This document shows, in pieces, positions 9,174 to 18,008 of a stretch of DNA of 64,000 bases. This stretch comes from an uncultured Acidobacteriota bacterium (GTDB lineage Bacteria > Acidobacteriota > Terriglobia > Acidiferrales > UBA7541). A model generated the notes under the pieces. It was not told the origin of the DNA, ran no database searches, and saw only the letters and a list, made by a program, of their open reading frames with translations. Each line of letters starts with the position of its first letter. Position 1 is the stretch's first letter. The stretch spans positions 48,171 through 112,170 of the forward strand of contig CAWBWG010000007.1 in the NCBI GenBank assembly GCA_963792515.1. The letters run 5' to 3'. The position numbers and the translations under genes were made by a program.

Positions 9174-9836
9174 TCATGACACCCATGTGCTGCGGCGATC
9201 AATAACATGCCACACGCCGCCTGTCCTGCGCATTAGAACGTACTCGCCACTACCACACAATCCCCCGCAAAAGTGGTCAACGTACAGTAGTGCCTCGGTC
9301 TTCCTCAGATTTAGCCCAACGTGCGAGACAACAAAATACCCAAAATTGTTCGGGAATCTCGCTTCAAAGTCGTTTGTTTTAGTCCATAAGATGTCGCTCG
9401 GGTTAACGAAAACCGCCCGAGCCCCGCTTGGCAGACGCAAGTTTGCGCTGATGTTTGTCGAAAATACGCTGTTCAGGAAGAAACTGGTTCGGGTAATTCG
9501 TGATGATTGTGCAAACCAGGCGTCTGAGACGGAACTCCATCGCGATTTCAATGATTGTCCAAACCAGGATAGTCTGTCGGGCCCATTTCCATCCACAGAA
9601 CAAATGAGACAAGCTGGATTGCGCAGAACGATAATCTCGATTGTGCGCCCTGCACCCCACTGGTCCATGTCGTGCAGGACTTCTTGCGAGAAAAATGCCG
9701 AGAGAACCTCACCCGTTTCTGCTTGTGTTCGCCTCTGCTCAACAGCAAAGAGGAGTCCAGCAACCGCAAGCAGGAGACCAATTCCAGTAGTCGCGTAAAG
9801 CACAATCCTTCTAAAGCGATTTAGGCTCATGGTCAT
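9174..9836 (-). CDS. hypothetical N-terminally membrane-anchored protein
   Basis: 220-aa ORF with a TM segment IVLYATTGIGLLLAVAGLLFAV. No recognisable domain. Confidence 0.5.
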   Translation of the reverse strand: MTMSLNRFRRIVLYATTGIGLLLAVAGLLFAVEQRRTQAETGEVLSAFFSQEVLHDMDQWGAGRTIEIIVLRNPACLICSVDGNGPDRLSWFGQSLKSRWSSVSDAWFAQSSRITRTSFFLNSVFSTNISANLRLPSGARAVFVNPSDILWTKTNDFEARFPNNFGYFVVSHVGLNLRKTEALLYVDHFCGGLCGSGEYVLMRRTGGVWHVIDRRSTWVS

Positions 9837-9884
9837 AAGACTGCAGCTTGGAGTGCCATTTTACCGCTCTTAGTCCTGTCAGTG

Positions 9885-9912
9885 CCTGATAAACGCGCAA
9901 ACCGGACAAGTG
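9885..9912 (-). repeat. array-specific hairpin repeat, copy D
   Basis: CCTGATAAACGCGCAAACCGGACAAGTG. Its reverse complement CACTTGTCCGGTTTGCGCGTTTATCAGG aligns with units A-C. Confidence 0.7.
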
Positions 9913-9917
9913 AAGTT

Positions 9918-10094
9918 TTAGCCGAGGGTCTTGGCATTGAAGGTGGCGAGTTCGTCATCTTCCACGGTAAAGCTGATCTCGATTGGTTTGCAGCATACCT
10001 CGCAGTCTTCGATGTAGGTTTGGCGGCCGACCGACAAGTCCAACACCATCGAAATTTCTTCCCCACAATATGGACAGGTGAATTCGTGTTCCAC
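9918..10094 (-). CDS. CPXCG motif-containing cysteine-rich small protein
   Basis: GTG start at 10094 gives a 58-aa protein: VEHEFTCPYCGEEISMVLDLSVGRQTYIEDCEVCCKPIEISFTVEDDELATFNAKTLG. The upstream part of track ORF 9918..10337 is Arg-rich and reads through repeat E. Confidence 0.75.
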   Translation of the reverse strand: MEHEFTCPYCGEEISMVLDLSVGRQTYIEDCEVCCKPIEISFTVEDDELATFNAKTLG

Positions 10095-10154
10095 TGAACG
10101 AGAAGATACTGCAATCGATCCGGCAGGACAACGGAAGCAGCAGTCGGCCAAGTG

Positions 10155-10219
10155 CCTGATTAACCTGCAACCGGACAAGTGCCAGCTGACTCCGCCTACG
10201 GGGCGTCTCCGGAAGTTGC
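10155..10219. repeat. array-specific hairpin repeat, copy E with a degenerate partner
   Basis: CCTGATTAACCTGCAACCGGACAAGTG (reverse complement CACTTGTCCGGTTGCAGGTTAATCAGG), followed by GGGGCGTCTCCGGAAGTTGC. Confidence 0.6.
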
Positions 10220-10290
10220 AAGCTCCATTAGGGACCCTTCGGTTGTGGAACGGTACCTGTCGAGGTGCGCGGAAACGTGGTACCAGATTC

Positions 10291-10974
10291 TTAGCAGAAC
10301 TTCGCGATAGCCCGGTAGGTTGCTTCGACGTGCTCAATTGAATTGGCTATAAACGGAAGCACTGATTGTCCGCCCTCGCGAAACCTAAAATCCACCCACG
10401 TCGTGACTTTAGTTGTGGCCACGCCGTTAGGCACCGGTAGTTGGGTTGTCGGGTCAATTGGAACGCCCATTACTTTGACATCGCCAGTAAAGGTCACTCC
10501 AGATCCCCACGATACCTCACCGCTCCCAGGCCGCGTGACCGTGACGCGTCGGGATTCCGTTCTGCTTTGTTCCACGAGGTCTTGGTGCTTGTTTTTATTG
10601 TTGAGGGCGTTGAACTGGCCAAGCCAAGGATCTCGGAACGGCTGCAGTGATTCGATGATTTCGAAGACGGGCTTGCAATTCGCTGCTAGTCCCGGATAGT
10701 CGTGCCCCATCACCTGCGCAAACTGGGTCGCATTGTGCTGGATCGGAAAGTACAGCCGGCGCGGTGTCCCCCCGGCTTTGCAGAATGCCTCATGCAACTC
10801 TTGGGCTAAATAATCAAGACACGAACGAAGGTCTTCGAAAATGTGTTTGATCTCGACCTTGAGGTCTTTGCGGACGACCTGTTCATGCAGCGACGCTTCG
10901 TAGGCTGCCTTCAGCTGAGCAAAATCCCCGCGCGACTTCCGGAGCAGGGCTTCGATACTCGTTTTACGTCTCAT
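10291..10974 (-). CDS. hypothetical protein
   Basis: 227-aa ORF with non-biased composition. No domain recognised. Confidence 0.5.
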   Translation of the reverse strand: MRRKTSIEALLRKSRGDFAQLKAAYEASLHEQVVRKDLKVEIKHIFEDLRSCLDYLAQELHEAFCKAGGTPRRLYFPIQHNATQFAQVMGHDYPGLAANCKPVFEIIESLQPFRDPWLGQFNALNNKNKHQDLVEQSRTESRRVTVTRPGSGEVSWGSGVTFTGDVKVMGVPIDPTTQLPVPNGVATTKVTTWVDFRFREGGQSVLPFIANSIEHVEATYRAIAKFC

Positions 10975-11113
10975 CTATCCCAAGTCCTCTGCGGAACTAC
11001 GGCAGGCTTGAATATTGCTCCAGGAGATGAGCGCCAGAAATTCACTTCGTCCGCGGCAACTTTGGACGCGTGCAATCGGAACCAATCATAATCGGTGACC
11101 GCGACAAAGAAAT

Positions 11114-12094
11114 TCATCGAGCGACTCTCAGCAAAACGGCGTTGCGGTGAAAGTCAAGAAATTGTCGCTGGCCCTCAGTGAAGGTTCCGACGTTGATCAG
11201 CCGCTCGGTCTCGACTCCCATACTCTGCAACGAAGGTTTGTGAGCGACCGGCGAGATGATGAGAGTTCCGGAATCCTCAAACCCGATAAATCCGCGGTCG
11301 AACAAATGGTCGATACTAGGCGTCAAGAGTAGGCCGTTCTCGCCATTGAGACGCTCTTCGTTTGAGGAATCCCGCCAGGGCTTGCAGTGGCTGGCCAGAA
11401 GGTGAATCGGATTATCAACACCCGTGATGCGGCAGCGGGTTTCAATTCGCATAACACGCTGCTTAAAAAGGCCTTGGCCACGCCGGGCCCGCACAATCGC
11501 CTCTCTGTCGGTCTCTTTCACGGATGTATCGCTTTCGACTTGTTGTTCGAGCTTGCGTTCCCAAACGTCCAGGTCGTCACCCGTCACGATTCTGCCACTT
11601 TCAAGGGCGACAGGAGACTCGGCAGCGGCGATCAGTGAGCGTGCCTCTTCTCCGATCAAACCGGCGAGGACCTCCGCGAAGCTCTGAGACAGCTCTGTCA
11701 AATAGATTGACTGGATGCCGTTTCCGTTAGGCTGGAGCGGTGAGTAGCGATCCGGCAAAACAGCTCTCAAAACCCCCATGTGATCTTTGGGGCGGATTTT
11801 GTTCAAGACCTGAGAAAACGAAACGTTCACTCTCCATCCGATATTTTCCCAATTCTGCCCCACAGAGCCAAACTCAGTTGGTTTCGGACACTCCCAGCAA
11901 TAGGATTTGGCGATTCCGATGGCGGCGACTCGAGTATCTGCGAAAGAAAAGATCAGGTCGCCCGGCGAAACCTCTCGCATCGACTCGTAGAATGGATTGC
12001 GAGCGCCGTTAGCGTTGCGTTTTGGAGACCAGAGATAGCCGCCCGCGATCTCTTGGCGGAATGTTTGATTCTGGTTGACCCACCAATAACGCAT
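11114..12094 (-). CDS. HNH endonuclease (HNH_2-type) with an N-terminal PUA/EVE-like module; candidate modification-dependent restriction enzyme
   Basis: The ATG at 12094 (MRYWWVNQNQTFRQEIAGGYLWSPKRN..) is preferred over the 12280 extension. The C-terminus reads RCRITGVDNPIHLLASHCKPWRDSSNEERLNGENGLLLTPSIDHLFDRGFIGF, an HNH_2-like pattern. Confidence 0.7.
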   Translation of the reverse strand: MRYWWVNQNQTFRQEIAGGYLWSPKRNANGARNPFYESMREVSPGDLIFSFADTRVAAIGIAKSYCWECPKPTEFGSVGQNWENIGWRVNVSFSQVLNKIRPKDHMGVLRAVLPDRYSPLQPNGNGIQSIYLTELSQSFAEVLAGLIGEEARSLIAAAESPVALESGRIVTGDDLDVWERKLEQQVESDTSVKETDREAIVRARRGQGLFKQRVMRIETRCRITGVDNPIHLLASHCKPWRDSSNEERLNGENGLLLTPSIDHLFDRGFIGFEDSGTLIISPVAHKPSLQSMGVETERLINVGTFTEGQRQFLDFHRNAVLLRVAR

Positions 12095-12307
12095 CCCGAC
12101 TCCGTGCGTCGAAGGAAGCAAGGATTTCCATCTCGGGCTCTCGGCCGACTTTGGAGAATACACTACATGAACTCTTGGTGGACACATGTAGGGCAGCAGT
12201 GAAAGACACCGATGTTCGACTTGTCCGGCCGACAGAACCGCACGGCTGCTGATCCTCCATACAGTGCGGCAGAGTAGCACGACCGTTAATATCCGCCCGC
12301 CTGTATA

Positions 12308-12990
12308 ATGGCCGTCGTGAAGCTCGAACAGATCGAGGAGTTACTGGCGGCGGAAGAGTCCGAAACGTTGGAGCGAAAGCAGGGCCTGGACAGAGAGGGC
12401 CTTTGCAAATCGATGATCGCTTTCGCAAATGACATGTACGGACGCGGTTGTGGCTGGGTGATCGTTGGGCAGGCACCGGATAAATCCTTCGCTGGTCTTC
12501 AGGTGGGAGACGACGAAGCGCAGCGGATCATTTCAGACATCGCGAGAGACCGATGCACGCCAGCTATTCCCGTGTCTGTTGAATGTTTCCTGAAAGATGG
12601 TAAGAGGCTCGCAATCGTCGAAGTTCGCGCGAGTCCTGCGCGGCCTCATTTCGCCGGTAAAGCGTGGGTACGGATGGGCAGCACCACCCGTCAAGCCACG
12701 GACGCTGAGATTATTCTTCTCCGGGCGGTTGAGGAGAATCGCAAGATCGCTATACTGAAACGATGGTTCGACGAAGGCAAGACTACGGTTGTTCTCTGGC
12801 AAATGGCCGCACCGGGTCAAGACTTCGCGCGGTCACCTGGGTACAGCAGGTAAAACTGTTGGAAGTCAATCAGAACTGGATCGTGGTTTACGCCGGCAGC
12901 ACGAGGCGCGCTTTTCCATACGATGAATTTAACGTCGGCTGGGATCCGGAGCAAGACCTTCCCCAGATCCGATACCACGGTGGACGGTAG
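12308..12990 (+). pseudogene. AlbA_2 (Schlafen-type) DNA-binding domain protein, probable frameshift near 12825-12835
   Basis: ORF 12308..12853 reads EESETLERKQGLDREGLCKSMIAFANDMYGRGCGWVIVG.. . ORF 12763..12990 continues plausibly as VTWVQQVKLLEVNQNWIVVYAGSTRRAFPYDEFNVGWDPEQD. Span is 683 nt = 3n+2. Confidence 0.6.
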
Positions 12991-13046
12991 CTGGAGCTTA
13001 GGTCCCATCGTTCGGCGGAGTCTCGAATCGACGGCGGCGCTTATGG

Positions 13047-13316
13047 TCAGATATGACCAAATAGGTCCGACAGGCTCTTCCTCAGTCCCTTGGCGATCTT
13101 CTCGATATTCACGAGCGACACGTTCCTGATCCCGCGCTCGACGCCGCTGTAGTACGTCCGATGCAACCCGCATCGCTCCGCAGCCTCTTCCTGATTGATC
13201 TTCTGCTCTTCGCGTATGCGGCGGATCGGGCGGCCGCAAACGGCTGCAGACACTCTAGTGGTATCGCGTCCGAACTGCGACCGACGATGATTGCTGTCAG
13301 AAGAACGCGCGACCAA
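13047..13316 (-). CDS. XRE-family helix-turn-helix transcriptional regulator
   Basis: ..IRRIREEQKINQEEAAERCGLHRTYYSGVERGIRNVSLVNIEKIAKGL.. Confidence 0.75.
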   Translation of the reverse strand: MVARSSDSNHRRSQFGRDTTRVSAAVCGRPIRRIREEQKINQEEAAERCGLHRTYYSGVERGIRNVSLVNIEKIAKGLRKSLSDLFGHI

Positions 13317-13328
13317 GAACGCAGGATT

Positions 13329-13544
13329 TCACAGGCGCGACATGAGTTTTGAGATGGTCATGCCGAAAGCAGAGGCGAGTAGTTCGAGATTGCGAATACA
13401 AATTTCTTTTCTGCCATTTTCCAGATCCGAGATGAAACTGCGGTCCATACCGACATACTCCGCCATGTAGACCTGTGTCCACTCCCTCTGCTTGCGAAGG
13501 GTGCGTATCCGCTTTCCAAATCGGACACAGATATCGCTCGACAC
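13329..13544 (-). CDS. XRE-family helix-turn-helix transcriptional regulator
   Basis: FGKRIRTLRKQREWTQVYMAEYVGMDRSFISDLENGRKEICIRNLELLASAFGMT. Confidence 0.8.
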   Translation of the reverse strand: MSSDICVRFGKRIRTLRKQREWTQVYMAEYVGMDRSFISDLENGRKEICIRNLELLASAFGMTISKLMSRL

Positions 13545-13607
13545 GCCTCCAATTATGGCTGTAGGCTTTCGCCGATAAATCGGCTATAGCCGTCAGAGCT
13601 TGCAAGA

Positions 13608-14579
13608 ATGGTGCACGAACCCAAACAACCGCAAGGCCATGGGAATCGGTGGCTCAGAGGTTTGGTGATCGGGCTTGCGGTCGGCGCTGTGCTGGCCTAC
13701 GTCGTGATGTCACGCGCGCGTCGCCCCAACGCGCCTCTCGGGATTGCCGTCGAGAAGTATATTCCTCCACAGACCCTGCGGCTTTTAGACGGGAACATGC
13801 AAGATTTCGGCGAACTCCAGATACTGACGAATGGAGGCGTCATGCTAAGTCTTTGGGACGCGGAGAACGAGCCATTAATAGATTTTGCGGCGATCGAGAC
13901 TGTCATGCTCACCATCCACCAAAGACAGTCGGAATCGTCGCACCTAAGCTATCTTGTCGTCCTCATGGAGCCGGAGCCCAGTTTTTCGATGAGCACTCCG
14001 GACGGAAAACATTTTTCTACACCAAGCAAGAGCCGGGACCGACACTCCTTTCCCGCGGCACTTGCGATCTCGGCTTATCACGGTTTTTTTCCGGAAAAGC
14101 CGGAAACAAGGCTTGATGAAGTCGTGCCTTCTGAAGACCTGCGGCTGGTGAACAGGAATCATGAGCTGCTCGCGGTATTAGGGCTATCGGAGGCGGGGGA
14201 ACCTTCCATAGCCTTGACTCACAGTGACGGGCGCTTGCTCGCAGTTTTGTCTATCACTTCGCCTGACCCTTTGGGGCTAGGCGGGCCTAAAGAGTGGCCC
14301 ACGTTAGTTCTGTACGACAGGCACGGCAGCCAGCGTGTAGAAGTGGACTTGGGACCGGATGCAACGCCCGCGGTTATGATTTCAGAAAAATCGGACCCGA
14401 AAAATCGAACGGATTTGGGGGCGTACGCACTTGATCCGCAATCTGGCAAAGAAGTTTCTGTAGGACTTTTCGACCACAAGGCGGCCGCTATTCCTTGGCT
14501 GTCACATGCGATGCGCCGCATCCCCCTGCCTGTGGTGGTCGTTGACGAGCGCGGCCAAGCCCTTTGGAGGACGCATTAA
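13608..14579 (+). CDS. hypothetical membrane-anchored protein
   Basis: 323-aa ORF with a TM segment LRGLVIGLAVGAVLAYVVM. Lower-GC region, no domain recognised. Confidence 0.5.
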   Translation: MVHEPKQPQGHGNRWLRGLVIGLAVGAVLAYVVMSRARRPNAPLGIAVEKYIPPQTLRLLDGNMQDFGELQILTNGGVMLSLWDAENEPLIDFAAIETVMLTIHQRQSESSHLSYLVVLMEPEPSFSMSTPDGKHFSTPSKSRDRHSFPAALAISAYHGFFPEKPETRLDEVVPSEDLRLVNRNHELLAVLGLSEAGEPSIALTHSDGRLLAVLSITSPDPLGLGGPKEWPTLVLYDRHGSQRVEVDLGPDATPAVMISEKSDPKNRTDLGAYALDPQSGKEVSVGLFDHKAAAIPWLSHAMRRIPLPVVVVDERGQALWRTH

Positions 14580-14633
14580 GGAGCCGATTTCTTCATGTCA
14601 AGTGCTCAGGCCTCGGTCGATTTGTGAAGGTTG

Positions 14634-15023
14634 ATGAAGGCTAACAGCGCGATGAAAAGGAGTCCGCTAGTAAAGGTTGTATCGCTACTCGGAGGCTTAT
14701 TAGCCCTTTGGAGCGGGCCGCGCATCTGGGAGTATCTAAACGAATCTGTCATCCAGCATGACAAGTTGGCGACGGTTTATAGCCGCGACTGGGCGAACGG
14801 CGAATACAAGCAGTGCACCAACGTCAACGCCAAAACCGAAGAGCCATATCTGCAATGCGACGATTTAACTCTCACTGAGAAAGGGAAGGTATTTAAAGTC
14901 CGCTTTTACGGTCAGACTTACGTTGCTGAAAACCGAATCGAGACTCTTCATTACTGGAGATGTCGCAAGAACGGCTACGAAGACCCTGCAATCACCTGCG
15001 ATGCAGTTAAGAAGCCTGAGTGA
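14634..15023 (+). CDS. hypothetical secreted/anchored small protein
   Basis: ORF with an ATG at 14634 and a hydrophobic N-terminus VKVVSLLGGLLALW. Confidence 0.45.
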   Translation: MKANSAMKRSPLVKVVSLLGGLLALWSGPRIWEYLNESVIQHDKLATVYSRDWANGEYKQCTNVNAKTEEPYLQCDDLTLTEKGKVFKVRFYGQTYVAENRIETLHYWRCRKNGYEDPAITCDAVKKPE

Positions 15024-15298
15024 AACCTCGCGATTGAGAGTTGCGCGAAGTGTGGTTCTGGGGCCGGACAAAGATTAAAACCGAGCCGTGCGTCTCGAGA
15101 GCAACCAACGCTGAAACTTTCGGGGGTGCCGTTCTGCGGACTACATGTCGGTACTATCCTGACCTGAAACATTGCGGGAAATCGTCAGGTGAGAACAAAG
15201 GGTGATTGCTGCGGGCCAGGTTAGGCATTCAAGCGGACATAGCCGAGGATTATCCGGGAACCTTGAGACAGGCAGCAACACGACGTTATGAAAGAGCA

Positions 15299-15562
15299 AT
15301 GGAGGCCGTCATGGGAATCGCGTTCTTGATCGTTGCCGCTGCCATCATGTTCCACCGTTCGGCTTGGGAGATATGCCTACTCCTTATCGGATACTGGAGT
15401 TTCACGCGGCTCGATCAATGGCTGGCCAAACGAACAAAACGAAAAGAGATTGATTACGAAACAGATGGGTGGGAAACAGACCCTTCTGACCCGGGGTACG
15501 AAACAAAGGGTAATCTCGCACGCGCGAAGCTCGCAGGTGGAGGGGCAAATCATTGTGACTAG
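15299..15562 (+). CDS. hypothetical small membrane protein
   Basis: ATG at 15299 within ORF 15206..15562: MEAVMGIAFLIVAAAIMF..ICLLLIGYWSF. Confidence 0.35.
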   Translation: MEAVMGIAFLIVAAAIMFHRSAWEICLLLIGYWSFTRLDQWLAKRTKRKEIDYETDGWETDPSDPGYETKGNLARAKLAGGGANHCD

Positions 15563-15921
15563 GATTGCGGAGCTACTCAGACGGACGGCGTGAGCGGCCA
15601 TCGTCGAGACTCACGCTTAAACTCGAACGAATTCGGCCAGAAGTTATAAGTTGGCTGCTGAGTGCTACGGCCAACGCTTTAGATCGCGGGTGGCTCACCG
15701 GTCGCCGGTACCCGGAGAGTCGCTGTCAACTCTTCCGCTTTTGGCCGGTAGGAACCGAGCGATTCGATAATCGCGAGCGCGGTTTTCACGTCGAGCAACA
15801 TATGTAGCGACCAGCGTGTCGAGCGCGTTCCAGACATTCCGATGGAGGCCGCAATTCGCGGGGCCTGCTAGGCGCTTCGATTCTCATTCGATCCGTCGGG
15901 ACATCGCAGTACAATCTGCTT

Positions 15922-16636
15922 GTGTCAAATGAACTCGCAAAGGCTCGGCGCAGTGGGGAACCTATTGGCAGCGAGAATGGGAAGCTGTCCGCGCGTGACG
16001 TACAGCGCGCGTTCGACGGCACGATCGCGTCGGCCTGTGCGCTCGGGATCAGCCTCGAAGACTTCCTCGAACTGGTTCGGTTGGCCCGAACCAGCGATCC
16101 GAGAGCTGCGCGATTCCTTGAAGCCTGGGAGACTCTCGACGCCTCCGAACAGCAGTCTAGCGGAGCGGCCGACGCGGTGTGCGGACAGATTGGGCTCAAT
16201 CCCGCCGAGCTGCTCCGGACCGTGGCGCACGAGGCGATCAACTTCTCGAAGTGCGTAGCCGAGACTGTGACCGCTCTGGCCCTGCCATCTGTAGTCGCAT
16301 GCAGCGAGTTCAGGATGGCTCTGACTGACGACGGAACTGCCGACCGCAAGATGCTGTTCCAGCACACGGGCTTTTTGCCGACGCCCAGGGGCTGGCGCAC
16401 CAACGTCTTCATCGCGCAGAACGGTCAGTCAGCCGGGACGCCCGTATCGTTGCGGCACCGCAGCCAGAACATACGATTCGACAGTTGGCTGAGGCGTTCA
16501 ACAGGTCGCGCGGGATGCCCTCCACCGCACGGATGCCGGCGCCGATGGCAGACCCTACGACTCTCCTCGGTGCGACACCCGCTCGCGAGGATGTCGCTTC
16601 CTTCGACACTGACTGCGAAGACGACGATGGCACATA
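15922..16636 (+). pseudogene. hypothetical (phage/plasmid-like) protein, probable frameshift near 16420
   Basis: MSNELAKARRSGEPIGSENGKLSARDVQRAF.. reads well up to ..FIAQNGQS. Another frame then continues as VSRDARIVAAPQPEHTIRQLAEAFNRSRGMPSTA..DVASFDTDCEDDDGT to a stop near 16634-16636. Confidence 0.3.
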
Positions 16637-17473
16637 GGCGGGAGCCCAGAGAGAGGAGCCTTCCGTGCGCAGCGAGATGAACTGGAACCGCGTGCGCCGA
16701 GCTGGGAAACTGCTCCGCGACGAGGTAGCGGGGGATCTGCCGCCGATGCTGCGTGGCCTAGCGTGGCAACAATTCCAGCAGCTACCGTTGGCGCGCGCTG
16801 CCTGCCGGCTGATGGAGCTCCTGGAGCCGCCGCGATCGGCAACGCCGGCCTCTATTGCCGGAGCCCCCACCGCCCTGCCGACGCAGGCCTTTTCGCGGAC
16901 ATCCCATCGCTCGATCAACGTGGAACCGCCGAGAAAATTTAGCCGAACTGTGTAAGCGCCACGCTGACCGCCTCCCATCCAGCCCTTGGCTACTTCCCAT
17001 CCTGGCTGGCCGAGCGCGCGACCTCGCGCTTCACCCGGACGCGCACGGTTCCGATCGCGGCCGTCGAATGCGCCGCATCAAGGGCGGCAAACATGTTCAG
17101 CGCCGCTACCGTGAAAAGGGTTGGCACCCGCTCGCGTCGGTGCGGAAGGCTTGGGGATTGAGCGCGGAACGCCCGGCGATGGACGCGGACGAGTCAACCG
17201 CGGCCAAGCTATGACGAAACGTCGTCTAGGCCTACTTCGCCCCGTATGCGCGGTGAAACAGGACTGCGCGAGGTTTCCGGGTGACCCATTACCGTAGGTG
17301 TGGCCACCTGTCCGGGATGAGTGAGACGATGTCTTAGGGCATGCCGCGGCCTTCGGCACGTCAATTTTCGAAGATGTGGCTGACACGGTTCGTGAGCCCG
17401 ATCCGGCCTGGAACGGCGCCCAGGTTCACTGGACCGCGGGGGATGTAATCGTGCGGACTCTATGCCTCGCGAT

Positions 17474-17626
17474 CTAGCTTTGTGGCGGCGTCTGCGGCGC
17501 CGGCGGTGCGCTCGGTGATGCGGGAGTCGCCGGCGGGCGTCGGTACGGTGATTTCTCGGGCGCCGGTTTGACCTTGTCCCGTTTCGGCTTCTTTACCTCG
17601 CGGCCTCGCTTATCTCGGTTGCCCAT
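17474..17626 (-). CDS. small Lys/Pro-rich basic protein (50 aa), hypothetical
   Basis: Not in the ORF track because it is under 60 aa. ATG at 17626 preceded by GAGGAG. Sequence MGNRDKRGREVKKPKRDKVKPAPEKSPYRRPPATPASPSAPPAPQTPPQS; TAG stop codon at 17476-17474 on the minus strand. Confidence 0.35.
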   Translation of the reverse strand: MGNRDKRGREVKKPKRDKVKPAPEKSPYRRPPATPASPSAPPAPQTPPQS

Positions 17627-17810
17627 GACTCACTCCTCGTCGTGCTTGATGTGATCCCATGATACTCGCGATTCCGAAGGCCTGCCCCACGGGACTCCGG
17701 AGAGTGGGTGAAGCGCAGCCAAATAACGGAATAGCTTCCGTCGCGATTCAGCCATCAGAACCGCGATGTGAAACCGCCTGTAAGCTCTGATGGAGAACAT
17801 CGCGACATTC

Positions 17811-17999
17811 TGGAACCGAATTCGGATCCTCTTCGTTCTTCGTCGTTTATGAGTTTATATACCCTGGAACTTGCGGCGAAACGCTTCTGGAACTTGGAAC
17901 CTGTGAAGTTCCACGTTCCACCGACCGTTCCAACTCAATCGGAACCTCTCAGGTAATTGATTTCGTTCGAGTTTCGCTCAAAAGTACGTCCGGGTTCCA
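17811..17999. repeat. TGGAAC/GTTCCA site array (iteron-like; candidate replication origin or operator)
   Basis: Perfect TGGAAC at 17811, 17865, 17888 and 17895. Perfect GTTCCA at 17908, 17915, 17927 and 17994. A CGGAAC variant is at 17940. The core 17888-17920 is a 33-nt inverted repeat, TGGAACTTGGAAC-ctgtgaa-GTTCCACGTTCCA. An AT-rich stretch cgtcgtttatgagtttatata lies at 17841-17861. Confidence 0.75.
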
Positions 18000-18008
18000 G
18001 CCCAACCG

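Noticed and set aside
7989-10219. Could the cassette-array repeats be canonical integron attC sites (a CALIN)?
   Set aside because: The units occur in both orientations, some as tight inverted doublets. I could not find a consistent RYYYAAC ... GTTRRRY pair at the ends; only partial matches such as GTTAGGC in copy B and GTTAACC/GTTAATC on the other strand. No IntI-type integrase is adjacent. I keep this as a repeat family and flag it for model-based testing, but do not call it an integron.
15679-15801. 40-aa minus-strand ORF MLLDVKTALAIIESLGSYRPKAEELTATLRVPATGEPPAI
   Set aside because: It is too short, has no ribosome-binding site that I could see, and has no recognisable family.
17369-17412. 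Possible degenerate copy of the tRNA-Asp 3' end (..ACGGTTCGTGAGCCCGATCC..) as the left att site of the integrative element
   Set aside because: A hand alignment to 21338-21385 needs several gaps and reaches only roughly 55-65% identity. That is not distinguishable from chance in GC-rich DNA.
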